Virus record (IMG/VR): IMGVR_UViG_3300043499_000172
From: an uncultured virus (IMG/VR IMGVR_UViG_3300043499_000172)
Taxonomy: Duplodnaviria > Heunggongvirae > Uroviricota > Caudoviricetes
DNA: 64,000 nt
Reading direction: 5' to 3' (one strand)
In this document: positions 18,193-27,637 of the stretch, in pieces
Layout: every line of letters begins with the position of its first letter
Numbering within the stretch: the stretch's first letter is position 1
The notes under the pieces: model-generated
What the model was told of the DNA's origin: nothing
Seen by the model: the letters and a program-made list of their open reading frames with translations, nothing else
The model's database searches: none
Translations under genes and position numbers: made by a program

Positions 18193-19277
18193 TGGGCGTC
18201 AGCGGCAACAACTACTGGTCGGGCTTGCGCATCCCGACAGGGTCGCACCAGTCGTCCGGCTCGCGCGGCAATCTGCCGCTCAACGCGGCCTATTCGCATC
18301 TCGCGTCCGGCACGGGCCTCGCCATGCGCTATCAGGCGAGGACCACTGCGCCGATCACCAAGATCTACTTCTTCTTGGAGGCCATCACAGGCACGCTCGC
18401 CAACATCACGATGGACTGCAAGCTATACGCCGAAGGCTCGCTGGTGGCGGCACCCGGTGCGACACTGCGCGCCACCGGCGTCGTCACCAAGCCGAACGCG
18501 GCGCTGAAGTGGATCGAGGTCGATTTCCCGACGCCCTATTCGCCTGCGGCGATCGGTGAGACCCTGTGGTTCGTGCTGTCGAACACCAGCCCGGCGCCGA
18601 CTGTCGATTATCCGTCGATCCTGACGACCACCGCTTTCGCTCCGGCGTTCAATGGCTCGCTGTCTCAGCAGCACTACGGCGTCAGCAGCCTTGTCGGTTA
18701 CACCGTCAACGGCAGCAACCTGACGCGCCTGCCGCACGCCATCGTGCAGGGCGGTGTCACCTACGGCCAGCCGTTCACCGCCAACGTCAACACGATCTTC
18801 ATCTCCAACACCCAGATGAAGGGGTTCCAGATCCGTCCGCCGACCGACATCGAGGTGTCCGGCTTCATGGTCACGGGCGGCGGCGCGTCGCAATATGCCA
18901 GTTTCAGGATCTACGACGCCGCGACGCCTCCGGGCGGCACGCCGCTGTACAGCTACGCGCTCGGCACTGATGCCAACCAGAGCCGCGACGAACTGATCGG
19001 CGCGAAGTGCTGGGCACCGATCGTGCTGGCCGCCGGTCGGGCCTACAACTGCGTCATTTCCTACGGCACCGCCGCCGCCATGAGCGGTGCGCAAATCGAG
19101 GATTTCACCAGCTTCGCCTCCGTCTTCGACAACATGCGCGACGATTTCGTCACCTGCCCCGGCGTATGGGATATCGGTGGCGTCTGGACCTTGCGCACCG
19201 ACTTCTTCCCGAACTTGTCGCTGATGGTCACCGGCTTCCCGCAGACCAGCCGCGCCAACTTCGCAATGGGGATCTGA
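18192..19277 (+). CDS. Tail/receptor-binding accessory protein
   Basis: Coupled to the fiber gene; beta-rich, two similar jelly-roll-like halves. Confidence 0.6.
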   Translation: MGVSGNNYWSGLRIPTGSHQSSGSRGNLPLNAAYSHLASGTGLAMRYQARTTAPITKIYFFLEAITGTLANITMDCKLYAEGSLVAAPGATLRATGVVTKPNAALKWIEVDFPTPYSPAAIGETLWFVLSNTSPAPTVDYPSILTTTAFAPAFNGSLSQQHYGVSSLVGYTVNGSNLTRLPHAIVQGGVTYGQPFTANVNTIFISNTQMKGFQIRPPTDIEVSGFMVTGGGASQYASFRIYDAATPPGGTPLYSYALGTDANQSRDELIGAKCWAPIVLAAGRAYNCVISYGTAAAMSGAQIEDFTSFASVFDNMRDDFVTCPGVWDIGGVWTLRTDFFPNLSLMVTGFPQTSRANFAMGI

Positions 19278-19278
19278 C

Positions 19279-19590
19279 ATGGCTGCACCCTACAACCCGC
19301 CGACCAAGGGCGAGGACTTCATGGTCCGCATCGCGCTGGTCGACGCCGCGCTGAGCGGCGCGCTGCGCCTCAACCCGACCATCGCCGCCGGCGACTTCAA
19401 GATCTCGAAGGACGGTGGCGCGCTGGCCGATTTGGCGACGTTGCCGGTGGTGGCGCCGGCTGGCTCGATGTGGGTGACGATCGCGCTGTCGGCCGCCGAG
19501 ATGACCGCCGACAACGTCGCCATCCAGGCGATCGACCAGACGACCGTCAAGGAATGGGCGGACTGGGCGTTCTGCATCGTGACGACGTGA
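19279..19590 (+). CDS. Tail-associated small protein
   Basis: NPTIAAGDFKISKDGGALA.L.TLP...LSAAEM.AD motif. Confidence 0.65.
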   Translation: MAAPYNPPTKGEDFMVRIALVDAALSGALRLNPTIAAGDFKISKDGGALADLATLPVVAPAGSMWVTIALSAAEMTADNVAIQAIDQTTVKEWADWAFCIVTT

Positions 19591-19594
19591 CGCG

Positions 19595-20254
19595 ATGCGG
19601 TCGTTCCAGATCTTCCTCGGGCGCAAGACGGCGGCGGTCACGCCGCCGGCCGGCGGCCGCCTCAAGGTCTGGAGCGGCACTGCATGGGTCGAGAAGCCGG
19701 CCAAGGTGTGGAGCGGCTCGGCGTGGGTCGCCAAGCCGGTCAAGTTCTGGAACGGCACCGCGTGGGTCGGTGGCGGCGTCGCGGGGCCGAGCGGGCCGAC
19801 CGCCTCGCTGGTCACCGCCTTCACCCCCGGCGGCGGCCGCAACGACTACACTGGCGAGGTCGGCTGGCGAGCCGGTATCGGCCCCACCAACGTGCCGTTC
19901 TCGTGGATCGGCATCCAATACTCCGGGGGTAATCGCACGCCGCGTCGAGTTTTCGTCTATGAGTGGTTCTCCAACACAACGATAGCGCAGGCCGACATCG
20001 ACGTGTCCAGCGTGGCGCTTGGCGACTGGGCGTGGGCCAGTGTCACACCCGCCACGATGCTGGCAAATGGCTACTATGCAATTGTCCTGAAGGTGACGAA
20101 TGGCGACGGGCAGACGTGGACGAACCCCGGCCCCACGACTGTCAAGCCGACCATCGTCAACGTCTATTCGATCTACCGCGACACCATCACCGTGCCGGGT
20201 TTTGCGAATGGCGTCATAGACACGCAGTACGTCGGCCTCGATCTGGGATGGTGA
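19595..20254 (+). CDS. Tail-associated protein with KVWSGTAWV repeats and carbohydrate-binding-like domain
   Basis: Three K.W.G.AWV repeats then RNDYTGEVG domain. Confidence 0.65.
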   Translation: MRSFQIFLGRKTAAVTPPAGGRLKVWSGTAWVEKPAKVWSGSAWVAKPVKFWNGTAWVGGGVAGPSGPTASLVTAFTPGGGRNDYTGEVGWRAGIGPTNVPFSWIGIQYSGGNRTPRRVFVYEWFSNTTIAQADIDVSSVALGDWAWASVTPATMLANGYYAIVLKVTNGDGQTWTNPGPTTVKPTIVNVYSIYRDTITVPGFANGVIDTQYVGLDLGW

Positions 20255-20255
20255 C

Positions 20256-22241
20256 ATGAGCTACGATTTCCCGGCCAGCCCGGTCAGCGGGCAGGAATTC
20301 ACCCCTCCGGGTGGTGGCCAGACCTATGTCTTCGTGCCGCCGCGCTGGCTGGTCAAGGGCGTCCCACCGGCTGCCGTCAACGGCCCGCCTGGTCCAACCG
20401 GGCCAGCCGGCCCGACCGGGCCGACCGGGCCGATGGGGGCGACCGGACCGGCCGGGCCGGACGGCCCGGTCGGGCCGGCTGGCGCGAAGGGCGACACCGG
20501 CACCACCGGCGCGGCAGGGCCGCAGGGCGTCACCGGCGCGCAAGGTCCGCAGGGCGTCAAGGGCGACACCGGCGCGACCGGATCCGCTGGCGCGCAGGGT
20601 GTGCAGGGCGTCAAGGGCGACACCGGCGCGGCGGGGCCGACCGGAGCGCAGGGACCGCAGGGCCTGCCCGGCAACACCGGCGCGACAGGCGCCGCCGGTG
20701 CGCCCGGTGCGACCGGCCCGGCCGGCGCCGATTCGACGGTGCCGGGGCCGAAGGGCGACAAGGGCGACAAGGGCGACACCGGCGACACCGGACCGGCCGG
20801 CGCCAGCGACTGGGCCAGCATCTCCGGCAAGCCGGCGACCTTCCCGCCGGACGCCCATACGCATCCGTTCAGCGCCATCACCGGCACCCTGACCGACGCC
20901 CAGCACGGCCTGCGCGGCAACCTCGGCCTGCACGCGCTGGCGACCTCGGCGGCGCCCGGCTTCATGACCGACGCCGTCAACGACGGCAAACCCTACGTCC
21001 GCAGATCGGCGGCGTGGGAGGCGCTGGGCCAGGTCACCGTCGTCGGCAGCACCACCGACTGGAACACCATCACCAAGCCCGGCCTGCACCCCGAGCTGCT
21101 CGGCCCCGGCTGCGCCAACGCGCCGGTGGCCTCCGAATATTACTTCTGCGAGGTGCACAATTACGGCGCCAACGTCACCCAGCTGGCGATCCCCTACAGC
21201 CTCAACACCAGCATCAGCAAGGGGCTGTGGTATCGCGGCGTGTTCGGCGGGACGTGGGGGCCGTGGGTCGGCCTCGCCACCAAGACTGCCGACGCGCGCA
21301 ACCGCTTCATCAACGGCGCCATGCAGATCTCGCAGCAGTATGGCGATGCGCTGATTGGCCTCGGCTACCCCGCCGATCAGTGGAACCACTCCTACATCAG
21401 CACCGGCGCGGCGACCGCGCAGCGCGTGCAGACGGTGACGCCGAACAAGTCGAAGGACCGCCTGCAGTTCAAGGTCACCACCGCCGACACCTCGATCGCC
21501 GCCGGTGAGTACTGGCTGATCATGCAACGCCTGGAAGGTCTGAACATCGAAGGTTTCGGGTGGGGTGCGGCGGGCGCCAAGCAGGTCGTCCTGCGGTTCG
21601 GGATCAAAGGCCCCGCCGGGACCTACGCCGTGGCGATCCGCAACGGCGCCGCCAATCGGTCCTTCATCGCCACCTTCACTATCGCCAACAACGTCGACAC
21701 CGAGCAGGTGATCGTCATTCCCGGCGACGTCACCGGGACCTGGCCTAGCGACGAGACGCACGCCCTGCAGGTCGCTTTCACGTTCTGCACCGGGGCGACC
21801 TTCGTCGGCGTGCTCGGCTGGCAGGCCGGCAACTTCGTCGGCGGGCCGGGCATGAGCAACGGCCTGCTGACGGTCGGCAACACCTTCGAGCTGTGGGACG
21901 TCGGCCTCTATCTCGACCCCGACAACACCGGCGTGCCGCCCAAGTGGGAGGCGCCTGACGTGGCCACCGAGATGATAAAGTGCCAGCGCTACTGGCAGTC
22001 CTTCTATGGGCTGTGGAACGGCGCCGGCGTCAGCAGCGCCAACTTCCTCGCTGTCTACGTCATCCCGATAACGCCGCGCACCACCCCGGCCTTGGCGGCG
22101 AGCGGCGGGACGGGCACGCTGTTCCCGACCAGCGGCACGCTGAGCTTTGTCAACAGCCAGACGCTGCGCGATCTGCGGACGTGCTCCGGCACCGGCTATG
22201 CCATGATGTCTGCGACCTACATTGTCGATGCGAGGGTGTGA
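20256..22241 (+). CDS. Collagen-like tail fiber protein 2
   Basis: Long Gly-X-Y tract ~20382-20805; foldon-like [25 protein letters not shown]...ADQW; CQRYWQ. Confidence 0.88.
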   Translation: MSYDFPASPVSGQEFTPPGGGQTYVFVPPRWLVKGVPPAAVNGPPGPTGPAGPTGPTGPMGATGPAGPDGPVGPAGAKGDTGTTGAAGPQGVTGAQGPQGVKGDTGATGSAGAQGVQGVKGDTGAAGPTGAQGPQGLPGNTGATGAAGAPGATGPAGADSTVPGPKGDKGDKGDTGDTGPAGASDWASISGKPATFPPDAHTHPFSAITGTLTDAQHGLRGNLGLHALATSAAPGFMTDAVNDGKPYVRRSAAWEALGQVTVVGSTTDWNTITKPGLHPELLGPGCANAPVASEYYFCEVHNYGANVTQLAIPYSLNTSISKGLWYRGVFGGTWGPWVGLATKTADARNRFINGAMQISQQYGDALIGLGYPADQWNHSYISTGAATAQRVQTVTPNKSKDRLQFKVTTADTSIAAGEYWLIMQRLEGLNIEGFGWGAAGAKQVVLRFGIKGPAGTYAVAIRNGAANRSFIATFTIANNVDTEQVIVIPGDVTGTWPSDETHALQVAFTFCTGATFVGVLGWQAGNFVGGPGMSNGLLTVGNTFELWDVGLYLDPDNTGVPPKWEAPDVATEMIKCQRYWQSFYGLWNGAGVSSANFLAVYVIPITPRTTPALAASGGTGTLFPTSGTLSFVNSQTLRDLRTCSGTGYAMMSATYIVDARV

Positions 22242-22429
22242 TGCCGAAGTTCGTTTCCGCCGAGTACGTCGTCAACGATTTCCCGCCGCCCGAGATGCTG
22301 ATCAAGGCGACCGACGACCAGGACCAGGTCTGGTGGCTCGACGACAACTGCCAGCAGGGCGACTGGCTGGAGTTCCTCGAAGCCGGCAACAAGGTGGCCG
22401 CCGTCGACACGAAGAGCCGCAAGACATAA
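22241..22429 (+). CDS. Putative tail fiber assembly protein
   Basis: Coupled downstream of fiber; DWLEFLEAGN motif. Confidence 0.55.
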   Translation: MPKFVSAEYVVNDFPPPEMLIKATDDQDQVWWLDDNCQQGDWLEFLEAGNKVAAVDTKSRKT

Positions 22430-22438
22430 TACTGCCGG

Positions 22439-22477
22439 CAGCGCAGGACGTGCTGGCTTTTTGAGGGCTATCGCATG
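22439..22477 (+). promoter_or_regulatory. Leader GGA hairpin CAGCGC-AGGAC-GTGCTG plus SD-sequestering stem (tail fiber 3)
   Basis: GCGCAGGACGTGC at 22441-22453; TGGCTTT can pair with AGGGCTA over the SD; CATAAT at 22425-22430. Confidence 0.7.
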
Positions 22478-23719
22478 GGCACTGTCAGGCTGACCAACAA
22501 CGCCACCTCGATCCTCGCGTCGAGCATCACCAGCACTGACCCATCGCTCAACGTCGCGGCCGCCGACGCAGCCAAGTTCCCGGTCATCGCGGCGGGGTCC
22601 AACGACTGGTTCCCTGTCGTCGTCGTCGACGCCGCCGGCCAGCGCGAGATCATGAAGTGCATCGGCCGGGCTGGCGCGACGCTGACCATGCAGATGCCGC
22701 GTGGGGCGCCGAACGCATGGGCGGAGGGCACGACGGCGCTGCCGTTCACCGCCAACCAGGCCCGTGTCGACGTCCGCCTGACGGCGGCGGCGATCGCCGC
22801 GCTGCTCGCCGACGCCGGCCTGCTGACCACCGGCCTGGTCTCCGAGACCGTGCTGCCGGTGCGCCTGCGCTCGGTGACGGAGCCGGTGCCGAGCAACAAT
22901 GCCAACTCGGTCACCGTGACCGGCCACTACCTCGCCAACACCACGACCACCAACGCGCCGGTGGCGGGCGTGTACGGCTACCTGTGGGCCGACGTCTACA
23001 ACTCGCTCTATCAGTACCAGGAGTGGAGGCAGATCAACTCGACGGCGGCGTGGGCGCGGCGCCTCGACAACGGCAGCTGGCAGTCCTGGTATCAGCTCAA
23101 CATGACCGACACCGGCGTGCCGATCGGCTCGATCGTCGACTACGGCGGACCGGCGGCGCCGGCCGGCTGGCTACTCTGCTACGGACAGTCGTTGTCGCGT
23201 TCCCCGCCCTACGACAAGCTGTTCCAGGCGCTCGGCGGCACCGGCTCGCTATGGGGCCTGCCGAGCGGCAGCACCTTCAGCGTTCCCGACTTACGCGGCC
23301 GCGTCACTGCCGGCCAGGACGACATGGGCGGCAGCATCGCCGGCCGCATCGCGCTGTCGGCCGACACCATCAACGACATGGACGGCACCAAGCTCGGCAC
23401 CTCCGGCGGCCACATGCTGCACACGCTGACCGACCTGCAGATATCGGCGCACGTCCACACCCTGTCGGCGGCCGGCAAGACCGCCACCGGCGGCGGCGAC
23501 CACCAGCACACCATCTCCGGCCGCATCGCCAGCACGGCTGGCGGTTTCGGGTTCCAGGCCGGCAGCGGCGTCCTCTACACCGACAACCCGCTGACCCCCG
23601 CCGGGCAGGGCGACCACATCCACAACCTGACCGGGACCACCGATTCGATCGGCGGCGACAAGCCGCACAACAATTTGCAGCCGACCACCATCACCAACAA
23701 GATCATCAAGTTCGCCTGA
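22475..23719 (+). CDS. Tail fiber protein 3 with tail-collar domain
   Basis: PIGSIVDYGG..APAGWLLCYGQ...TFSVPDLRGR collar; HxH repeats; PHNNLQP. Confidence 0.9.
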   Translation: MGTVRLTNNATSILASSITSTDPSLNVAAADAAKFPVIAAGSNDWFPVVVVDAAGQREIMKCIGRAGATLTMQMPRGAPNAWAEGTTALPFTANQARVDVRLTAAAIAALLADAGLLTTGLVSETVLPVRLRSVTEPVPSNNANSVTVTGHYLANTTTTNAPVAGVYGYLWADVYNSLYQYQEWRQINSTAAWARRLDNGSWQSWYQLNMTDTGVPIGSIVDYGGPAAPAGWLLCYGQSLSRSPPYDKLFQALGGTGSLWGLPSGSTFSVPDLRGRVTAGQDDMGGSIAGRIALSADTINDMDGTKLGTSGGHMLHTLTDLQISAHVHTLSAAGKTATGGGDHQHTISGRIASTAGGFGFQAGSGVLYTDNPLTPAGQGDHIHNLTGTTDSIGGDKPHNNLQPTTITNKIIKFA

Positions 23720-25677
23720 TGCCCGCAGCCCCGCCCATCATCCTGACAGCCTTCACCGGCGAGCAGCCGCGCATCCTGCCGCGGCTGATGCCCGAGACCG
23801 CCGCCCAGAGCGCCCGCGACGTCCGCCTCGACGACGGCGGCCTGACGCCGATGCGGCAGCCGTCGCTCGACGTGGCGGTCACCGGCAGCATCAACTGGAA
23901 GACCATCTACAAGTACAACAACGCCTGGATCGGCTGGGACAACGTCGTCCACGCCGCGCCCGGCCCGATCGCCGAGGACCGCCTCTACTACACCGGCGAC
24001 GGCAAGCCGAAGATCCGCATCGGCGCGCAGGTCTACGACCTCGGCATCGCGCGGCCGACCGGCGCGCTGGTTTGCTCTCCGGCGGGCGGCTCCGGCGACG
24101 TCACCACGCGCGTCTATTCCTACACCTTCGTCAGCGCGCTCGGCGAGGAGAGCGAGCCGGCGCCGGCCTCGCTGCCGGTCAACTGGATGCCCGGCATGAC
24201 AGTGACGCTGTCCGGCTTCGCCGCGCCGCCCACCGACCCGGCCCCGACCAGCGTCCGCTTCCCCTACAAGCAGCGCATCTACCGATCGCAGAGCGGGCAA
24301 TCCGGCACCGGCCTCTACTTGATCGCCGAGCGCACCGCTTCGAACGGCAACTACGCCGACAACAACGCCGTCAGCGCGATCGCCGAGCCGTGTCCCTCGG
24401 TGACGTGGAGCGCACCGCCGGACGACCTTGAGGGCCTGATCGTCCTGCCCAACGGCATGATGGCGGCGTTCGGCGGCGCCGTGCCGATCGGCGGCAAGAA
24501 GAAGAAGCTGTACTTCTGCGAGCCGTACCGGCCGCACGCCTGGCCCGAGAAGTACTCGCTGACTTTCGAGCACGAGGTGATGGGCCTCGGCGCCATGGCG
24601 ATGGCCATCATCGTGGCCACCGACGCGCATCCGTACATGGTGTCGGGCACGCTGCCCGAGAACATGACCAGCCAGAAGATCGAGCAGCTGCTGCCGTGCA
24701 TCAACAAGCGCTCGGTCGTCGACCTCGGCTACGCCGTCGCGTGGGGGTCGAACGAAGGCATCGTCATGGCCACCGCCACCGGCGCCATCAACATCGCCAG
24801 CAATGCCATCTTCAACCGCGACGGCTGGCTCGAGCTGCGGCCGCAGCAGATGATCGCCGCCCAGATCAACGGCCGCTATGTCGCCTTCTACGACTACTTC
24901 CCGCAGGACGAGGTCGAGGAGAAGGGCGCCCTGCTGCTCGACCTCGCCAACCCCAACTTCCTGATCCGCAGCGACATCTTCGCGCGCGCCGCCGTCTACA
25001 GCGTCGAGGACAGCGCGCTCTACTACGCGCCGGTCGGGGTGGCCGAGATCTGGCGCTTCGATTCGCCGTTCGCGCGGCGCAAGCGGCTGTACTGGAAGTC
25101 GAAGGAGTTCGTGCTGCCGTACTCCGAGAACTATGGCGCCATCGTCATCGACACGCTCGACGACTTCCTGCCGCTCGACCAGGAGGCGGAGGACGCGGAA
25201 GAGGAGGAGCGGCAGGAGACCAACCTCGACTGGATCCAGGATCAGTATCCGTCTGGCGAGTACATCTCGCTCGACGGCGACCTCGCCTCGACGCCGATCG
25301 GCTACGGCTACCTGGCGCCGATCACCACGCCGCCGGCCGAGGTGCGCGCCGAGCAGTTCATCAACGTGGCGCCGCTGGCCAGCGACAAGCTGCTGCCGAT
25401 GCCGCGCCGCAGCGGCGGCGCGCAGACGCTGATCGGGGCGTTCGCGCAGACCGCCGCGGCGGTGCCGTCGTCGCTGCCGAAGGCCGAGGGCGGAACGCTG
25501 ACCGTCGGCGTGTGGGCCGACAAGAAGCTGGTCGCGGCGATCGGCGTCGCCAACAAGGCGGTACGGCTGCCGTCCGGCTTCAAGGCGCGGACCTGGGAGA
25601 TCGACGTGTTGACAGACCAGCGCATCGATCGCATCACCATGGCCAAGACCATGGACGACCTCAAGAGGCAGCCGTGA
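23719..25677 (+). CDS. Tail nozzle / tail tubular protein B-like
   Basis: GEQPRILPRL, YSYTFVS.LGEES.P, LPNGMMAAF, FCEPYRPHAWP, RLPSGFKARTWEI. Confidence 0.8.
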   Translation: MPAAPPIILTAFTGEQPRILPRLMPETAAQSARDVRLDDGGLTPMRQPSLDVAVTGSINWKTIYKYNNAWIGWDNVVHAAPGPIAEDRLYYTGDGKPKIRIGAQVYDLGIARPTGALVCSPAGGSGDVTTRVYSYTFVSALGEESEPAPASLPVNWMPGMTVTLSGFAAPPTDPAPTSVRFPYKQRIYRSQSGQSGTGLYLIAERTASNGNYADNNAVSAIAEPCPSVTWSAPPDDLEGLIVLPNGMMAAFGGAVPIGGKKKKLYFCEPYRPHAWPEKYSLTFEHEVMGLGAMAMAIIVATDAHPYMVSGTLPENMTSQKIEQLLPCINKRSVVDLGYAVAWGSNEGIVMATATGAINIASNAIFNRDGWLELRPQQMIAAQINGRYVAFYDYFPQDEVEEKGALLLDLANPNFLIRSDIFARAAVYSVEDSALYYAPVGVAEIWRFDSPFARRKRLYWKSKEFVLPYSENYGAIVIDTLDDFLPLDQEAEDAEEEERQETNLDWIQDQYPSGEYISLDGDLASTPIGYGYLAPITTPPAEVRAEQFINVAPLASDKLLPMPRRSGGAQTLIGAFAQTAAAVPSSLPKAEGGTLTVGVWADKKLVAAIGVANKAVRLPSGFKARTWEIDVLTDQRIDRITMAKTMDDLKRQP

Positions 25678-26009
25678 GCCGGGGCGACACCAGCGATCAC
25701 GAATACAACGGCTACGGCAGCCGCAACCCGACGCGGCCGCGCGAGCAGTACGACGAGGCCCTCGAAGTATTGTTTGGCGGCCGCCGCCGCGACAAGAGCG
25801 CTGCCGCCGTCCGCATCCGCGACCTCAACGGCATCCTGCACATCGACACCAGCCTGCGCGCCAAGGTGCTGACCGCGGCACCGACCATGGCCGACTACAA
25901 CGCTCTGCTGCGCGACGTCACGACCATCATGAACGCCCTCAAGATCGTCGCCGACCGGCTGCACGACCGCGTCACGTCGAACGAAAACCTCAACCGGCCG
26001 CATACGTGA
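25674..26009 (+). CDS. Tail-associated hypothetical protein
   Basis: GTGA overlap; EALEVLFG.R, APTMADYNALL.DV. Confidence 0.65.
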   Translation: MSRGDTSDHEYNGYGSRNPTRPREQYDEALEVLFGGRRRDKSAAAVRIRDLNGILHIDTSLRAKVLTAAPTMADYNALLRDVTTIMNALKIVADRLHDRVTSNENLNRPHT

Positions 26010-26452
26010 TCGAGTACGTCTACAACCAGGACGAGCGCATCGTGAAGTGGGCCGAGGCGCTGCTTGGCAACGGCCATCGCATGCGCGACGACGCCAAGGC
26101 GATCGCCATGGAGGTCGACGGCGAGCTGCGCGGCGCGGTTTTGTTCGACACGTTCGGCGTCAACGACTGCCTCGTTACGGTGGTCTCCAACGGCAAGCGG
26201 CGGTGGCTGACCAAGGCCTTCATCGTTCGCGCCATGGCCTTCCCGTTCATCCAGTGCAACTTCACACGCATCACCTGTCTGGTCGCCAGGAAGAACACTT
26301 TGTCGCGGCATTTCATCCGCCGGTTCGGCGGCTGGAAGCTGGAAGGCATCATGCGCCGGGCCGGGCCGGGCGGCGACGATCTGCTGCTCTACGGCATGCT
26401 GCGCGAGGAGTGTCTGTGGCTCCCTTTGCCGGAACCGCCGTTGGCGGTATAA
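26006..26452 (+). CDS. GNAT-like protein preceding the ejection genes
   Basis: FPFIQCNFTRITCLVARKN..S......GGWKLEGIMR...DLLLYGMLREEC. Confidence 0.8.
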   Translation: MIEYVYNQDERIVKWAEALLGNGHRMRDDAKAIAMEVDGELRGAVLFDTFGVNDCLVTVVSNGKRRWLTKAFIVRAMAFPFIQCNFTRITCLVARKNTLSRHFIRRFGGWKLEGIMRRAGPGGDDLLLYGMLREECLWLPLPEPPLAV

Positions 26453-26503
26453 CGGCCCCACCACCAGCGCAGGACGTGCCGGGTTTCCAGGAGACCTGCC
26501 ATG
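26425..26503 (+). promoter_or_regulatory. Putative sigma70-type promoter plus GGA hairpin and SD-sequestering stem (ejection operon)
   Basis: TTGCCG 26426-26431 and TATAAC 26448-26453; GCGCAGGACGTGC 26467-26479; GGGTTTC/GAGACCT stem over AGGAGA. Confidence 0.7.
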
Positions 26504-27637
26504 AACAAGAGCGGTGGTAGCGCACCCTCTCCAGACCCGCAGATCGGCGCCGCGGCCCTCAAGGGCGCGGAGACCGGAGAAGAATGGCTGGCGTTTGCCA
26601 AGACCGCCTTCGACAAGTCGTCGAAGCGGCAGGAGGGCCTGGACACCCTCACCAACAAGGTCATCACCCAGCAGCTCGGCATCGCTGACCAGTCGCAGAA
26701 GTGGGCGACGGAGGACCGCGCCCGCTGGACCGACAAGGCCAAGCCCATCGAGGACAAGTTCTTCGCCGACGCCAAGGTCGCCGGCAACAAGCAGCAGCAG
26801 GAGGACCGCGCGGCGGAAGCCGTCGCCGGCGTTAGCACGGCATCGGCGCAGGCCCGCGAGACGGCGCAGCGCGAGGCGTCGTCGCTCGGCATCCGCCCCG
26901 ATTCCGGCCGCAGCACCAATGCGGCGCGGGCCGGCGAGCTGGGCACGGCACTGGCCAGCGCCGGCGCTGCGACCGGCGCGCGGGCGCAGGAGCGGGCGCG
27001 TGGCGACGCCATGCGGGGTGCTGCGATCGACCTCGGCAACACCGCGCTCGGCCGCTCCAGCGCCAACCTCGGCACGACGCTGGCGGCCGGCTCGTCGGCG
27101 GTTGGGCTGGGTGCCAACAACCAGCAGATCTCCATGATGCCGGCGCAGAATATGAACCCGGCCTTCTCAGGCGCGCAGGCCGGTCAGTTCAACCGCGCCA
27201 ACGTGCTCAACAACACCTACGGCATCCAGATGCAGGGGTGGGCGCAGGAACAGCAGACCAAGAACGCCGGCATGGCTGACCTGGCGTCGGGCCTCGGCTC
27301 GATCGCTGGCATCGTCGCCATGTCGGACCCGGCGGTGAAGAAGAACATCAAGCCGGTCAAGAAGGGCGATGGCCTCAAGGCGATCAAGAAGATGCCGGTC
27401 TCGAAGTTCGACTACAAGCCCGGCGCCGGCGACGGCGGCAAGGGCCACACCGGCACCATGTCGACGCACTACGCCAAGGCGACGGGACAGAAGGACAACG
27501 GCACCATCAACCTTCAGGACGCCATCGGCATCACCATGAAGGCGGTGCAGGATCTCGATCACAAGGTCAGCACGCTGCACAAATCGATGGGCGGCAAAAA
27601 GCACAAGAAGTCGACTGAGAGGAGGATGGCGGCATGA
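26501..27637 (+). CDS. Ejection (pilot) protein with C-terminal peptidase S74-like chaperone segment
   Basis: GGSAPSPDP N-terminus; Ala/Gly/Gln-rich helices; MSDPAVKKNIKPV...MPVSKFDYK. Confidence 0.8.
   Translation: MNKSGGSAPSPDPQIGAAALKGAETGEEWLAFAKTAFDKSSKRQEGLDTLTNKVITQQLGIADQSQKWATEDRARWTDKAKPIEDKFFADAKVAGNKQQQEDRAAEAVAGVSTASAQARETAQREASSLGIRPDSGRSTNAARAGELGTALASAGAATGARAQERARGDAMRGAAIDLGNTALGRSSANLGTTLAAGSSAVGLGANNQQISMMPAQNMNPAFSGAQAGQFNRANVLNNTYGIQMQGWAQEQQTKNAGMADLASGLGSIAGIVAMSDPAVKKNIKPVKKGDGLKAIKKMPVSKFDYKPGAGDGGKGHTGTMSTHYAKATGQKDNGTINLQDAIGITMKAVQDLDHKVSTLHKSMGGKKHKKSTERRMAA

Noticed and set aside
16204..23719. Diversity-generating retroelement acting on the tail fibers
   Set aside because: No reverse transcriptase motifs and no TR/VR repeat pair seen
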